Shown piece after piece: positions 50,192 to 60,342 of a stretch of 64,000 nucleotides of DNA. Below the pieces are notes generated by a model. The model saw only the letters and a program-made list of their open reading frames with translations, was not told where the DNA came from and made no database searches. Origin of the DNA: an uncultured Hyphomicrobiales bacterium (lineage in GTDB: Bacteria > Bacteroidota > Ignavibacteria > Kapaibacteriales > UBA2268); the NCBI GenBank assembly GCA_964650885.1, contig CAZYXG010000002.1:7696-71695 (forward strand). The letters are read 5' to 3'. The translations under genes were made by a program, and so were the position numbers. The stretch's first letter is position 1, and each line of letters begins with the position of its first letter.

Positions 50192-51931
50192 TCAGTTTGT
50201 ATTGTTTAATATTGGAATTTTGATAATAAATTTAGTGCCAAATCCTTTTCTGCTTTCAATATTGATTTCACCTTTGTGTTGCAAAATAATGTGTTTCACA
50301 ATTGATAAGCCAAGCCCAGTGCCACCGACTTTTCTGGAGCGTGATTTGTCCACAATATAAAACCTCTCAAATATTCTTGCTTGGTCTTCTGATGGAATTC
50401 CCACGCCAGTATCTTGAATTTCAATTACCACTTTTTCGGCTTCCGCAAAAGCATTCAGAATTATGTTGCCAGAGTCAGTATATTTGATAGCGTTGTCAAC
50501 TAAATTAATCATAACTTGCTCCAATCTGAATGAATCGGCTGTGATTAAAGGCAAATTATCTTTAATGTTAAGCTTTAGTTCAATTGATTTAGATTTTAGT
50601 TTTTCGATAAATAGAGTTTCAACATTTTTAAATATATCTTTTAAATTTACTTTCTCAAAATTTAATTCAAAATTTGGGTTTTCTATCTCTGATAAAACTA
50701 ATAAATCATTAACAATATTTATTAATCTATTTGTGTGTCTTTGAATAATTTCAATATAATGGACTTGTTCTTCTGTTGCAGTTTCTTCCAAAGTTTCTAT
50801 AAAGCCCTTAATAGCAGTAAGGGGAGTGCGAAGCTCGTGAGATACATTTATAACAAAATCTTTTTTATAATCTTCGAGCTTTTTTAGTTCAGTAATATTG
50901 TGAATTAATAACACCACTTCGTCTTTAGCTTCCAAATAATTTGAGCTGCAAATATAAACTTTGCTATCTATAATAATTTCTTTGGTAAGGTAATTACGTT
51001 TTTCTCTTGTTTCTTCTACAATACCGTTAATGTCGTTATTTTTTAAAATTTTGCTAAGTTTCTGTTTACTTAAATTAGATTGTCCAGCTATGTTTTGAAA
51101 ACTAATATTTGAAAGGGTAATTTCATTTTTTGAATTTAGTACTAAAAAGCCATCTTGCACCGATGTAATCAAAGTGTTTAACTTGTCAGTTTGATTAGTT
51201 ACTTTTTCGAATAGCTTTTTTATTCTTAAAGTCATTCTGTTGAAATTTTCAGTTAACTCATTGAGTTCATCGTTGGATTTGCCAACTTTCACTTGTATAT
51301 CGAAATTTCCTTCGGCTACTTTGCGAGAAGCAAATATTAATTGATTAATCGGTTTGGATATGTTTCTTGAAAAGAGCAATATAGCAAATAGCGATAGAAT
51401 TAAAGTTATTACTACTATTTTCAGAATTTCACTATTCAAATCAATCAAAAGCAAATCTAATTTTTCGGAATGTAAACTTACTCTGCTATAGGCAATAATT
51501 TGATTATTGTTAATAACAGGCAAAGCTAAATATAGCATATCCCTTTTTATGGTATTGCTAAATCGAAGACTTTTGCCTTTTCCTTCTTTTATACATTGAA
51601 TAATTTCGGGGCGAGAAATATGGTTTTCCATTTTAGTTGGATCGGCTTCCGAATCAGCAATAACTAAACCATTAGGCAACATTATAGTAATTCGGTTGTC
51701 AACTTTATCTCCAATAATCTTTACTAAGCTATCAAGTTCATAATTTTGCTTTTGCAATATATATGGCTGGATTTGAAAAATTATTGTGTTATTCAAATCA
51801 GAAAGTTCATTCGTGGAGTATTCGTAATAGTTACTACGAATAGTGTGGTAAGTTAAATATAGAATTAAACTTGTCAGCACAATGATAACAAGTAGAAAGC
51901 TAACGAAGATTTTTGTAGAAAGTAATTTCAA
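50192..51931 (-). CDS. sensor histidine kinase (HAMP-PAS-HisKA-HATPase; PhoR-like)
   Basis: N-terminal TM helix. H-box SHELRTPLTAIKGF; N/G boxes DNAIKYT, GTGLGLSIVKHI. The stop is 1 nt from the sigma-factor start. Confidence 0.85.
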   Translation of the reverse strand: MKLLSTKIFVSFLLVIIVLTSLILYLTYHTIRSNYYEYSTNELSDLNNTIIFQIQPYILQKQNYELDSLVKIIGDKVDNRITIMLPNGLVIADSEADPTKMENHISRPEIIQCIKEGKGKSLRFSNTIKRDMLYLALPVINNNQIIAYSRVSLHSEKLDLLLIDLNSEILKIVVITLILSLFAILLFSRNISKPINQLIFASRKVAEGNFDIQVKVGKSNDELNELTENFNRMTLRIKKLFEKVTNQTDKLNTLITSVQDGFLVLNSKNEITLSNISFQNIAGQSNLSKQKLSKILKNNDINGIVEETREKRNYLTKEIIIDSKVYICSSNYLEAKDEVVLLIHNITELKKLEDYKKDFVINVSHELRTPLTAIKGFIETLEETATEEQVHYIEIIQRHTNRLINIVNDLLVLSEIENPNFELNFEKVNLKDIFKNVETLFIEKLKSKSIELKLNIKDNLPLITADSFRLEQVMINLVDNAIKYTDSGNIILNAFAEAEKVVIEIQDTGVGIPSEDQARIFERFYIVDKSRSRKVGGTGLGLSIVKHIILQHKGEINIESRKGFGTKFIIKIPILNNTN

Positions 51932-51946
51932 ATTTATCGCCTTTTT

Positions 51947-52678
51947 TTAATCTTCTAGCTTATAGCCAACGCCACGAATGTTTTTAATATAATTGCCAGC
52001 AGTTCCTAGCTTCTCTCTTAAGTTTTTTATATGCACATCGACTGTTCTGTCAAGTACGCCTTTATCGTTTGCTCCAAGGTAATCTAGTATTTGCTCACGC
52101 TTATAAACCCATCCTTTTTTATCGGAAAGTAGTTTAAGTATTTTGAATTCCGATGAAGTTAGCTCAACTTTATTACCATCAACATACACTTCATATTTCT
52201 GCAAATCAATCTCAAGATTATTGCCAACTCTGTTTTTCTTAGTTTTCACTACTTTATTTTCATCGCGGCGAATAACAGCTTTCACTCTGGCAACAAGTTC
52301 TCTTGGAGAAAATGGCTTTGTAACGTAATCATCAGCACCAATTTCCAACCCTAAGATTTTCTCAGTTTCCTCGCTTCTTGCCGTAAGCATTATTACAGGG
52401 ATATTTTTGTATCTTTCGTCATTTTTCAAATACTTACAAATCTCTATTCCATCGGCATCGGGCAACATCAAATCGAGGATTACCAAATCCACTTCTGTTT
52501 TTGAAATAAATTGAAAGAAACTTTCGCCATCATCAAAACCTTTAGCTTTGTAACCTGCTTTATTCAAATGAATAGTTACTAATTCTTGAATATCAGGTTC
52601 GTCGTCCACTACCGCTATCATTTTGGGCGTAACCGAGTGTAGGGGGAATGTGCTTTCATTTTTTGAAGTTAAGTCCAT
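51947..52678 (-). CDS. OmpR/PhoB-family response regulator
   Basis: REC domain (VVDDEPDI...LDLMLPDADG...IMLTARSEE...GADDYVTKPFSPRELVARVKAVIRR is PhoB-like) and a winged-helix C-terminus (...RGVGYKLED). The true start is probably the internal ATG at 52621 (MIAVVDDEP). Confidence 0.85.
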   Translation of the reverse strand: MDLTSKNESTFPLHSVTPKMIAVVDDEPDIQELVTIHLNKAGYKAKGFDDGESFFQFISKTEVDLVILDLMLPDADGIEICKYLKNDERYKNIPVIMLTARSEETEKILGLEIGADDYVTKPFSPRELVARVKAVIRRDENKVVKTKKNRVGNNLEIDLQKYEVYVDGNKVELTSSEFKILKLLSDKKGWVYKREQILDYLGANDKGVLDRTVDVHIKNLREKLGTAGNYIKNIRGVGYKLED

Positions 52679-52689
52679 AGTAACCTTTT

Positions 52690-54024
52690 TTAATTTAGTT
52701 TTTCAAAAATCCAGTTGTTCAAATCTTCTATTAAATCTGGCGACACAAAATTTTCTTTATCATAATCTTTTGGATTGTCAAGCTCTTCACCATAAATAAA
52801 TAGGTGATTTAATTTTTCGTAAGTTTTAAAATTAACGTTGCTTTTGCCAGTTAGAATTTGTCGCCAAATTTGTTCATCTTTTTGAGGAACATTGTAATCT
52901 CGTCCGCCAAATGCAAAAAACATTCTTTTTTTAGATTTTGATATTAATTCTTTGTAATTCAAATTTTTCAAAGATAGCCAATACTTTGCAGAAAGACCAA
53001 ACAAAAGACTATCCGAAGGTGAGTTTTCGTTCAGATTTTTCAATTGATAATCACAAACTTCTTTAATTTTGATGCTTGACTTCTTTACTATTCCTGTGGA
53101 ATCGAATTGGCTTAGATAATCAATTTGTTCAGGTAGCAATTCTTCCAAACGTCTGGCAGGAGTAGCCAAGTGCGCTAAACCATAAATATTTGGGAATTTT
53201 TCAGCCAAAGGAGCTAATACAGTTCCACCTTGACTATGACCAAGCAGCACTATATAATTTGAATCAACTATTTCAAAGCTTTTTATGAATTCTATTGCAG
53301 CACTGGCATCTTCTAAATATTCTTCATTTATTGTTAAATTGGACATTTCTTCTTTATTCATAGATTGTCCATAAGTCTTGGTTCGTTTATCGAAGCGAAC
53401 TACTAAATTACCTTTTGAAGCTAATCCCCAAGCAATGTCTCTATAAATTTTAGTTGCACCTATGCTGCCATTTCTATCGTTGGGACCAGATCCAGATAAA
53501 ATAAGTATTGCATTAGTCTTAGGTAAATCAAGCGGATAGGAAACATTACAATAAATTTTATACTTGCCGCTTATAAAGAAAGTGTCAATCTCTTTGAATA
53601 AATATTTATTAATGTAAGTAGGTAGTTTGTGCGAATTATCGGATTGGACTGGAAGAAAATAAAGACCAGCTATTTTGTTTGTGGTATCTGTTTCAACAAA
53701 AAGAGTTTTATAGATTACTGACTTTTTTTCAAAAGAAACAGTGTTTTCATAAACTAAGTAACCATTTACTTTTTTAAAAGTAGCAGAAATAATATTGCCA
53801 GACTTACCGTATTTAGTAAGGTTCACTTCCCAAACTTTCTTCAGCAATGAGTCTGGCAATAATTCTTTCATTGATTCATCGAAATATAATTGGCATTTCG
53901 AATAGTCTTTATTCTTCAATAAATCTAAAAATTCTTTAGACTTTTCTAATCTCAAATCACTAACATTAGCTAAAAGCGATGCCATTGATACAGTTAAACA
54001 AAAGTAAATAACTTTTAGAATCAT
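52690..54024 (-). CDS. secreted alpha/beta-hydrolase (serine hydrolase) with an N-terminal accessory domain
   Basis: Signal peptide. Nucleophile elbow LLGHSQGG; downstream Asp/His candidates. 444 aa. Confidence 0.6.
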   Translation of the reverse strand: MILKVIYFCLTVSMASLLANVSDLRLEKSKEFLDLLKNKDYSKCQLYFDESMKELLPDSLLKKVWEVNLTKYGKSGNIISATFKKVNGYLVYENTVSFEKKSVIYKTLFVETDTTNKIAGLYFLPVQSDNSHKLPTYINKYLFKEIDTFFISGKYKIYCNVSYPLDLPKTNAILILSGSGPNDRNGSIGATKIYRDIAWGLASKGNLVVRFDKRTKTYGQSMNKEEMSNLTINEEYLEDASAAIEFIKSFEIVDSNYIVLLGHSQGGTVLAPLAEKFPNIYGLAHLATPARRLEELLPEQIDYLSQFDSTGIVKKSSIKIKEVCDYQLKNLNENSPSDSLLFGLSAKYWLSLKNLNYKELISKSKKRMFFAFGGRDYNVPQKDEQIWRQILTGKSNVNFKTYEKLNHLFIYGEELDNPKDYDKENFVSPDLIEDLNNWIFEKLN

Positions 54025-54037
54025 ATTCTTGCAAATG

Positions 54038-56029
54038 TTAAATATCTAAGTTTTTCACATACTGAGCATTTTTCTCAATAAATTCTCTACGTGGCTCTAC
54101 TTGATCGCCCATTAAAGTTTGGAATATTTTGCTAGCAATAGCAGCATCTTCAACTTTAACTTGCAACAAAGTGCGAGTTTCTGGGTTCATAGTTGTAGTC
54201 CAAAGTTGTTCAGGATTCATCTCCCCAAGACCCTTAAATCTTGAAATTGAAATTCCATCCATTCTACTTGTTTCAACATCACCTGGTTCAACTGTTTTAG
54301 CTTTACCTTTAGCAATAGATTCTTGTCTGATTTTATCTATCGCAGCATCACGCTCTTTGTCGTTGTAGCAGTAAATTTCAGTCTTACCTTTTTTAAGTTT
54401 ATATAAAGGCGGCTGAGCAATATATAGCTTGCCTTGTAGGATTAAGTCCTTCATATAAACATAGAATAAAGTCATCAAAAGAGTACGAATGTGAGAACCA
54501 TCAATGTCGGCATCCGCCATCAATATTATTTTTCCATAACGTGAATTATCTGGGTTGAAATCTTCATCAAAACCTGCACCAATTGCAGTGAAAATAGCAC
54601 GAATCTCATCGTTTTCCAATACTTTTGCCAAACGTGCTTTTTGAACATTTAAGATTTTACCTTTTAATGGCAAAATAGCTTGAAATCTTCTGTCTCTACC
54701 TTGCTTTGCAGAGCCACCAGCAGAGTCTCCCTCAACCAAGTACACTTCACATTCTTCAGGATTTTTAGAACTACAATCTGCCAATTTACCTGGCAAACCA
54801 GAGCCAATACTACTTTTCTTACGAACAAGCTCACGAGATTTACGAGCTGCAATTCTAGCTTCGGCAGCAAGATATGCTTTTTCCAAAATTCTTTTAGCAG
54901 CAGCTGGATTAGCATCAAGGAATGAATTTAGTTTATCTGCAACTATTGTTCTAATTACACCTTCTACTTCGCCATTACCTAATTTAGTTTTAGTCTGACC
55001 TTCAAACTGAGGTTCAGCCACTTTCACAGAAATAATCGCAGTCAAACCTTCTCTAAAGTCGTCACCAGTAAGTGTAATTTTAGATTGTTGTTTGTTTGAA
55101 TACTCATTAGCATAGTTATTGAAAGTACGAGTTAGAGCTGTACGGAAACCAGTTACGTGAGTTCCACCTTCAATTGTGTTGATGTTATTTACGTAAGAAA
55201 GTACATTTTCTTGATAACCATTGTTGTATTGGAAAGCAACTTCTATTTCAGTGGTTTCATCATTCTTATTTGTGTCAGAACCACTGATTGAAATTGGAGA
55301 AACAATAGTGATTGCTCCTTCATCAACATATTTAACGAAGTCAACCAATCCACCTTTATAATGAAATACTTCATTTGTGCCTTCGCCTTCGTCAATAATA
55401 TTAATAGCAACTTTTGGGTTTAAGAAAGCTAATTCTTTCAAACGTTCTGCTGTTCTGGTAGATTTGAATTGAACAGTTGTAAAAATAGATTCATCTGGAT
55501 AAAAGTGAACTTTAGTTCCAGTTTTTTTAGAATTACCTAACGCTTGAATTCCTGTAACTGGAATACCTTTAGAATATTCTTGTCTGAAAATTTTACCTTC
55601 TCTTTGAACTGTAACAACACACTTAATAGAAAGGGCATTCACACACGATACACCAACACCATGCAAACCACCAGAAACTTTGTAAGTGTTCTTATCGAAT
55701 TTACCACCTGCGTGGAGAGTACACATTACAACTTCTAAAGTAGAAACTTTTTTAACTGGGTGTGGTCCAGTTGGAATTCCACGACCGTTATCTTCCACTG
55801 AACAAGAGCCATCTTTATGAATTGTTACAATTATATCAGTACAGTAACCTGCTAATGCTTCATCAATAGAGTTATCTACTACTTCGTTAATTAAGTGGTG
55901 AAGACCCCTTTCTCCAACATCACCAATATACATAGCAGGGCGTTTACGAACTGCTTCCAGCCCTTCCAACACCTTGATACTATCTTCACTATAAGTGTTT
56001 ACTTGCTTTGCTGACTTATTCTCTGACAT
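54038..56029 (-). CDS. gyrB: DNA gyrase subunit B
   Basis: N-terminal YSEDSIKVLEGLEAVRKRPAMYIGD, ATP-lid GGLHGVG, TOPRIM EGDSAGGSAKQGRDRRFQAILPLKGKILNV, and a C-terminal tail. Its position beside recF and dnaN also supports the call. Confidence 0.9.
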   Translation of the reverse strand: MSENKSAKQVNTYSEDSIKVLEGLEAVRKRPAMYIGDVGERGLHHLINEVVDNSIDEALAGYCTDIIVTIHKDGSCSVEDNGRGIPTGPHPVKKVSTLEVVMCTLHAGGKFDKNTYKVSGGLHGVGVSCVNALSIKCVVTVQREGKIFRQEYSKGIPVTGIQALGNSKKTGTKVHFYPDESIFTTVQFKSTRTAERLKELAFLNPKVAINIIDEGEGTNEVFHYKGGLVDFVKYVDEGAITIVSPISISGSDTNKNDETTEIEVAFQYNNGYQENVLSYVNNINTIEGGTHVTGFRTALTRTFNNYANEYSNKQQSKITLTGDDFREGLTAIISVKVAEPQFEGQTKTKLGNGEVEGVIRTIVADKLNSFLDANPAAAKRILEKAYLAAEARIAARKSRELVRKKSSIGSGLPGKLADCSSKNPEECEVYLVEGDSAGGSAKQGRDRRFQAILPLKGKILNVQKARLAKVLENDEIRAIFTAIGAGFDEDFNPDNSRYGKIILMADADIDGSHIRTLLMTLFYVYMKDLILQGKLYIAQPPLYKLKKGKTEIYCYNDKERDAAIDKIRQESIAKGKAKTVEPGDVETSRMDGISISRFKGLGEMNPEQLWTTTMNPETRTLLQVKVEDAAIASKIFQTLMGDQVEPRREFIEKNAQYVKNLDI

Positions 56030-56084
56030 TCCAACCTTTTTTAATGCTTATTTATTTAATATTTATTTCCAAAAATACGGAATT

Positions 56085-56384
56085 TTAAAGGATTTCTATT
56101 TCGCTAATATGCTCACAACCCGAAAAATTATTAACATTCTCTAATAGTTTAACCTTTTGTAGATTTAATTCAAATCTCCACTGGGGATTTATTGCTTTTA
56201 CACGCATCAAATTTTTCTCAATTGAGATTGGATTACATTTTTGAGAAATTGTTTCGCCAATTACTTTTGCCCAATTATTCATTATTTTTCCAAATAGCAG
56301 CTTATCGTCCAATTGGTTTAACTTAATTGAATGTGACAAAATATCTTGCAATGATTTTGGTTCGCTTGATAGAAAATCATTCAT
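56085..56384 (-). CDS. DUF721-family (DciA-like) small protein between recF and gyrB
   Basis: 99 aa in the conserved position occupied by DUF721/yaaB-type genes in dnaA-dnaN-recF-gyrB clusters. The W...VIGE...I...L...LxV segments fit that family loosely. Confidence 0.5.
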   Translation of the reverse strand: MNDFLSSEPKSLQDILSHSIKLNQLDDKLLFGKIMNNWAKVIGETISQKCNPISIEKNLMRVKAINPQWRFELNLQKVKLLENVNNFSGCEHISEIEIL

Positions 56385-56388
56385 AAAT

Positions 56389-57516
56389 TTAAACTCTCCT
56401 TACTAATCCTTTTTCCACAAAAAACTTTGTTGTTTTTGAATGAAAATTATCGAAATAATCAAATGAAGTGGTTGTTATAAATACTTGGGCTTTAGCTAGT
56501 TCCAGCATTTCAAGTACTTTGTTTGCTCTTTCGCTATCGAGCTCAGCAAATATATCATCGAAAAGTACAATTGGAGTTTCGTTAAGCTTTTCTTTCAAAT
56601 AATAGAATTCACTAAATTTCAAGCTAATTAGCAATGATTTATGTTGACCTTGAGATGCATAATCCTTTGCGAAGCCATTGTTTATCATAAAGACTAAGTC
56701 ATCTTTATGTGGCCCAAAACAAGAACTACCTTTGTATTGTTCACTCTGCCGATTTTCTGAATAATATTTCAAAAGTGATTCTCTTATTTCACTTTTATTC
56801 ATTTTGCCGTTGTAATTTTCTAACGAATGTGGCTTATATCTTATATCAATAGCTTCTAAATCATTGATACCGTGATAGTTTCTCATAAAAAAATCTTTAA
56901 ATTCATTGATAAACTCAATCCGTTTTGCAATAATTTCAGTGCTTAACGAAATCAGAATTTCATTCCACGGTTCAATTTGTTCAAAATCAAAATATCTTTC
57001 TTTTTTACTTTTGAACAAGAGTGAGTTTTTTTGCCTAAGTGAATTTTTATAGTTGACTAAGTTTTCAAAATAAGTTTTGCTAAGCTGAGAAAGTAATCTA
57101 TCTAAGAAATCTCGTCTATTTTGAGGCGAGCCAAATGTGATTGATTTATAATCTGGAGAAAGAATAACAATAGGTGCTTCGCCAATAATATTTTTGGGTA
57201 AAAGGTTGTCGCCTAAATTACCACTAAACTTCTTTTTTTGTAATAACTTATAAGCAACATTTAAAGTATAATCTACATTATTATCTCGCTTGGCTTCTAT
57301 GCTAGTTTGATAGAATTCTTCTCCATTTCGAATCAAATCTCTATCCAAAGTAGGCAGGAATGTCTTGCTGAAACTACAAATTGATATTGCTTCCAATATA
57401 GTAGTTTTTCCCATTCCATTCTTGCCACTAATGATATTAAATCCCTCATCGAAATTAATATCATTATAGGTATGGTTTCTTAAGTTACTTATTTTAAGTC
57501 TATTTATTTTCATCAC
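56389..57516 (-). CDS. recF: DNA replication and repair protein RecF
   Basis: Walker A GKNGMGKTTILEAI; signature/Walker B region LLISLKFSEF...IVLFDDIFAELD. 375 aa. Confidence 0.9.
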   Translation of the reverse strand: MMKINRLKISNLRNHTYNDINFDEGFNIISGKNGMGKTTILEAISICSFSKTFLPTLDRDLIRNGEEFYQTSIEAKRDNNVDYTLNVAYKLLQKKKFSGNLGDNLLPKNIIGEAPIVILSPDYKSITFGSPQNRRDFLDRLLSQLSKTYFENLVNYKNSLRQKNSLLFKSKKERYFDFEQIEPWNEILISLSTEIIAKRIEFINEFKDFFMRNYHGINDLEAIDIRYKPHSLENYNGKMNKSEIRESLLKYYSENRQSEQYKGSSCFGPHKDDLVFMINNGFAKDYASQGQHKSLLISLKFSEFYYLKEKLNETPIVLFDDIFAELDSERANKVLEMLELAKAQVFITTTSFDYFDNFHSKTTKFFVEKGLVRRV

Positions 57517-57517
57517 T

Positions 57518-57558
57518 TAAACAAAAGAGCTACACCTAAAAGAAATTAAGTGTAGCTC
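57518..57558 (-). terminator. terminator-like hairpin between dnaN and recF (minus strand)
   Basis: On the minus strand: GAGCTACAC-TTAATTTCTTTTAG-GTGTAGCTC (9-bp stem) followed by TTTTGTTT. Confidence 0.5.
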
Positions 57559-57582
57559 AAATTTTAAAACTCATTTTTGAAT

Positions 57583-58752
57583 TTAGTTTAATCTAACTGG
57601 CATAATTAACATCAATAGATTTTGAGCATCTTGAGTTGGAAGAATTAAAGCAGGTCTGTTAGCTTCAGAGAATGTCATATAAACACTGTTATCTTCAATT
57701 ATATCAGTGTGTTGTACTGCTTCTTCTAAGTATAAATAATTAAAGCCAATTTCCAAATTATCTACAGTACCAGAATAAGTGATTTGCTCAGTTGCTTGAG
57801 TTCCACTATCTGCATCTTCACCAGTAATCATTAAAGTGCTTCCTTCAAACTTAAGTTTCACTTGTTTAGAAGTGGCATTTGTGAAAACAGAAACTCTTTT
57901 TACAGCTTCAATAATTTGTTTTTTGTCAATTTTAGCAAAGAAAGCATTGTCTTTCGGAATTACTGCACTAAATGGTGGAAACTTCTCATCAATCAAGCGA
58001 GAAACAACCAATACATTGCCAATTGAAATTCTGATATGAGTTACTTTTCCATTGTTTTCCACAGGAGTAAGAATCACATCTTCATCTACTTTTTTCAATA
58101 GCTCCATAGTACGAGCTGGGATAATAAAGTCAAATTCTTGACTAAATTTATTCTCATCGAATTTTTTATTTGCAAGCACTAATCTATAGCTATCAGTAGC
58201 CACTACGTTCAATTCATCGCCACGGAATTGGAATAGCACTCCAGTCATAGCAGGTCTGAATTCATCTTTCGATACAGCAAATAAAGTTTTATCGTTTAAA
58301 TAATTGAAATCTTCATTTGTCAATAAAGCAGAATTTTCAGACTCTAAGTTCATTAATTCTTCAATATTGACGTTATCGGTAGCGAAAAGCTCTGGTAAGT
58401 TAAGATATTCATCAGTCGAAAGACCTTTCATATCGTATTTACCAGTAGAAGATGTAATAGTGATTTGTTCATTTTCTTCATTTACAGAAAATTCAATTTC
58501 TCCTTTCCCTAGAGCTTTCACCATTTCATTGAATTTTCTAGCAGGAACAAGTATTTCACCATCTTCAATTACAGTGCAATCTACTTTTGCAATTATAGAA
58601 ATTTCTTGATCAGTAGAAACTATGTTTAAAGAATTATCTTTAGCTTGCAAATGGAAATGTTCTAGCACAGGCAAAGTTGACTTTGGAGGAATTGCAGGAA
58701 GAGCTTTTTGAATAGTTTTGCTCAATTCTGAAGCAGAAATTGTGAATTTCAT
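57583..58752 (-). CDS. dnaN: DNA polymerase III beta sliding clamp
   Basis: Canonical N-terminus MKFTISASELSKTIQK...LPVLEHFHLQA, three-domain length (389 aa), C-terminal ...LILPTQDAQNLLMLIMPVRL. Confidence 0.9.
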   Translation of the reverse strand: MKFTISASELSKTIQKALPAIPPKSTLPVLEHFHLQAKDNSLNIVSTDQEISIIAKVDCTVIEDGEILVPARKFNEMVKALGKGEIEFSVNEENEQITITSSTGKYDMKGLSTDEYLNLPELFATDNVNIEELMNLESENSALLTNEDFNYLNDKTLFAVSKDEFRPAMTGVLFQFRGDELNVVATDSYRLVLANKKFDENKFSQEFDFIIPARTMELLKKVDEDVILTPVENNGKVTHIRISIGNVLVVSRLIDEKFPPFSAVIPKDNAFFAKIDKKQIIEAVKRVSVFTNATSKQVKLKFEGSTLMITGEDADSGTQATEQITYSGTVDNLEIGFNYLYLEEAVQHTDIIEDNSVYMTFSEANRPALILPTQDAQNLLMLIMPVRLN

Positions 58753-58901
58753 GTTAATATCCGATAAAATTTAACTAATTTTGATTTCTTTTTTGAATGT
58801 GATTTCAAATTAATTTTCAAGTTAAGTGAATTTAAATATCGCTACAACAAAAGTTTTAAACTCTATGTGGAGAAATTTTGATTAAAGGAAACAGCTAAAA
58901 A

Positions 58902-59564
58902 ATGCTTACAAGATACGGCACTGACAACATAGTTATTATGTTAATTACAAGTTTAATTTTGATTGGACTTACATATTTCATAGCGAATCCTTGGTTCAAA
59001 GGATTTCTTTTAACGTTGGGTATAATCATAGCTTTGTTTACAGTTTGGTTTTTTCGCGATCCAGATAGAATGATTCCACAAGAAGCTTTAAATGACGAAT
59101 CTGTTATTATAGCTCCAGCCGATGGCAAAGTAGTGGAAGTTATAGAAGAAGTAGAAAGACATTTCATAAAAAAAGAAGCTATTCGTATGAGTATTTTTCT
59201 TTCTCCTTTGGATGTTCACGTAAATCGTTCGCCAGTTTCTGGTGAAATAAAGTTCTATCATTATTTTCCTGGAGATTATTTGGTTGCTTGGCATCCAAAA
59301 TCTTCTGAGCTTAATGAACATACTCAAATTGGAATAGAAAATAAATACGGAAAAGTATTTTTCAAACAAATAGTTGGCTTTTTAGCTCGCAGAATTGTTT
59401 GTGAAGCCAAAGTAGGAGATAGTCTTAGCTCTGGCGAAAAATTTGGAATGATGAAATTTGGCTCACGTATGGATATTGCTGTGCCTACAGATTCTGAAAT
59501 TCTTATTAAAAAAGGCGATGTTGTTGTTGCAGGCGAAACAATAATCGCTAGACTCAAGAAATAA
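58902..59564 (+). CDS. psd: phosphatidylserine decarboxylase proenzyme
   Basis: N-terminal TM. Motifs DVHVNRSPVSGEI and the FGSRMD self-cleavage (G-S) site. 220 aa. Confidence 0.9.
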   Translation: MLTRYGTDNIVIMLITSLILIGLTYFIANPWFKGFLLTLGIIIALFTVWFFRDPDRMIPQEALNDESVIIAPADGKVVEVIEEVERHFIKKEAIRMSIFLSPLDVHVNRSPVSGEIKFYHYFPGDYLVAWHPKSSELNEHTQIGIENKYGKVFFKQIVGFLARRIVCEAKVGDSLSSGEKFGMMKFGSRMDIAVPTDSEILIKKGDVVVAGETIIARLKK

Positions 59565-59569
59565 TAACA

Positions 59570-60304
59570 ATGAAAGTTAGATTAACAAGATCAGTTGTAC
59601 CAAATTTACTTACTCTCGCAAATTTATTTTCGGGATTCGTTGCAATTATTGCTGCTTCTCAGGGTGAATACGACAAAGCTGTGCTATACATAATTATGGG
59701 TGCAGTATTTGATTTGCTCGATGGATTAGTCGCTCGGCTTATACATGCAGCAAGTGAACTTGGTGTGCAATTAGATTCTTTGTCCGATGCTGTAACATTT
59801 GGCGTTGCTCCATCGTTTCTATTGTATCAGGCATATTTTCATCAATTTGGAAATCTGGGTTTGTTCGTATCAGCTTTGCCAGCAATTGCAGGTGTTTATA
59901 GATTAGCCAGATTCAATGTGCAGTTGACAAGTTTGGAAGACAAGAAATATTTCACTGGAATGCCGATTCCTTCGGGGGCATTGACTATTATTTCTTTTGT
60001 TCATTTTTACTTACAGACAAACTTTTTTACAAGTGAAACTACTCCTATTGTTAGCTTCATACTTGTGATATTAATTGCTTTAGGAATGGTTTCAAGAATA
60101 AAGTTTCCTAATCTGCCTAGGCCTGGAAAAACTCTAAAATCGAACTTAGCACTTATTTTTGTCATTATTTTAGTGTTTGTTAGCATTTTTTCTAAAGGAA
60201 TGTTAATATTTCCGATAATGATTTCTTATTTTTGTTTGTTCTCTTTGACACATTTTATTAATTATATAAAAACATATAATGAAATAGAAGAAGATGAAGA
60301 ATAA
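59570..60304 (+). CDS. pssA: CDP-diacylglycerol--serine O-phosphatidyltransferase
   Basis: CDP-alcohol phosphatidyltransferase motif DLLDGLVARL...GVQLDSLSDAV (D-G-x2-A-R...G...D-x3-D). Multi-TM. Confidence 0.85.
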   Translation: MKVRLTRSVVPNLLTLANLFSGFVAIIAASQGEYDKAVLYIIMGAVFDLLDGLVARLIHAASELGVQLDSLSDAVTFGVAPSFLLYQAYFHQFGNLGLFVSALPAIAGVYRLARFNVQLTSLEDKKYFTGMPIPSGALTIISFVHFYLQTNFFTSETTPIVSFILVILIALGMVSRIKFPNLPRPGKTLKSNLALIFVIILVFVSIFSKGMLIFPIMISYFCLFSLTHFINYIKTYNEIEEDEE

Positions 60305-60342
60305 TTTTTACAAATTCGGATAACACAATACCAACTCAATTT

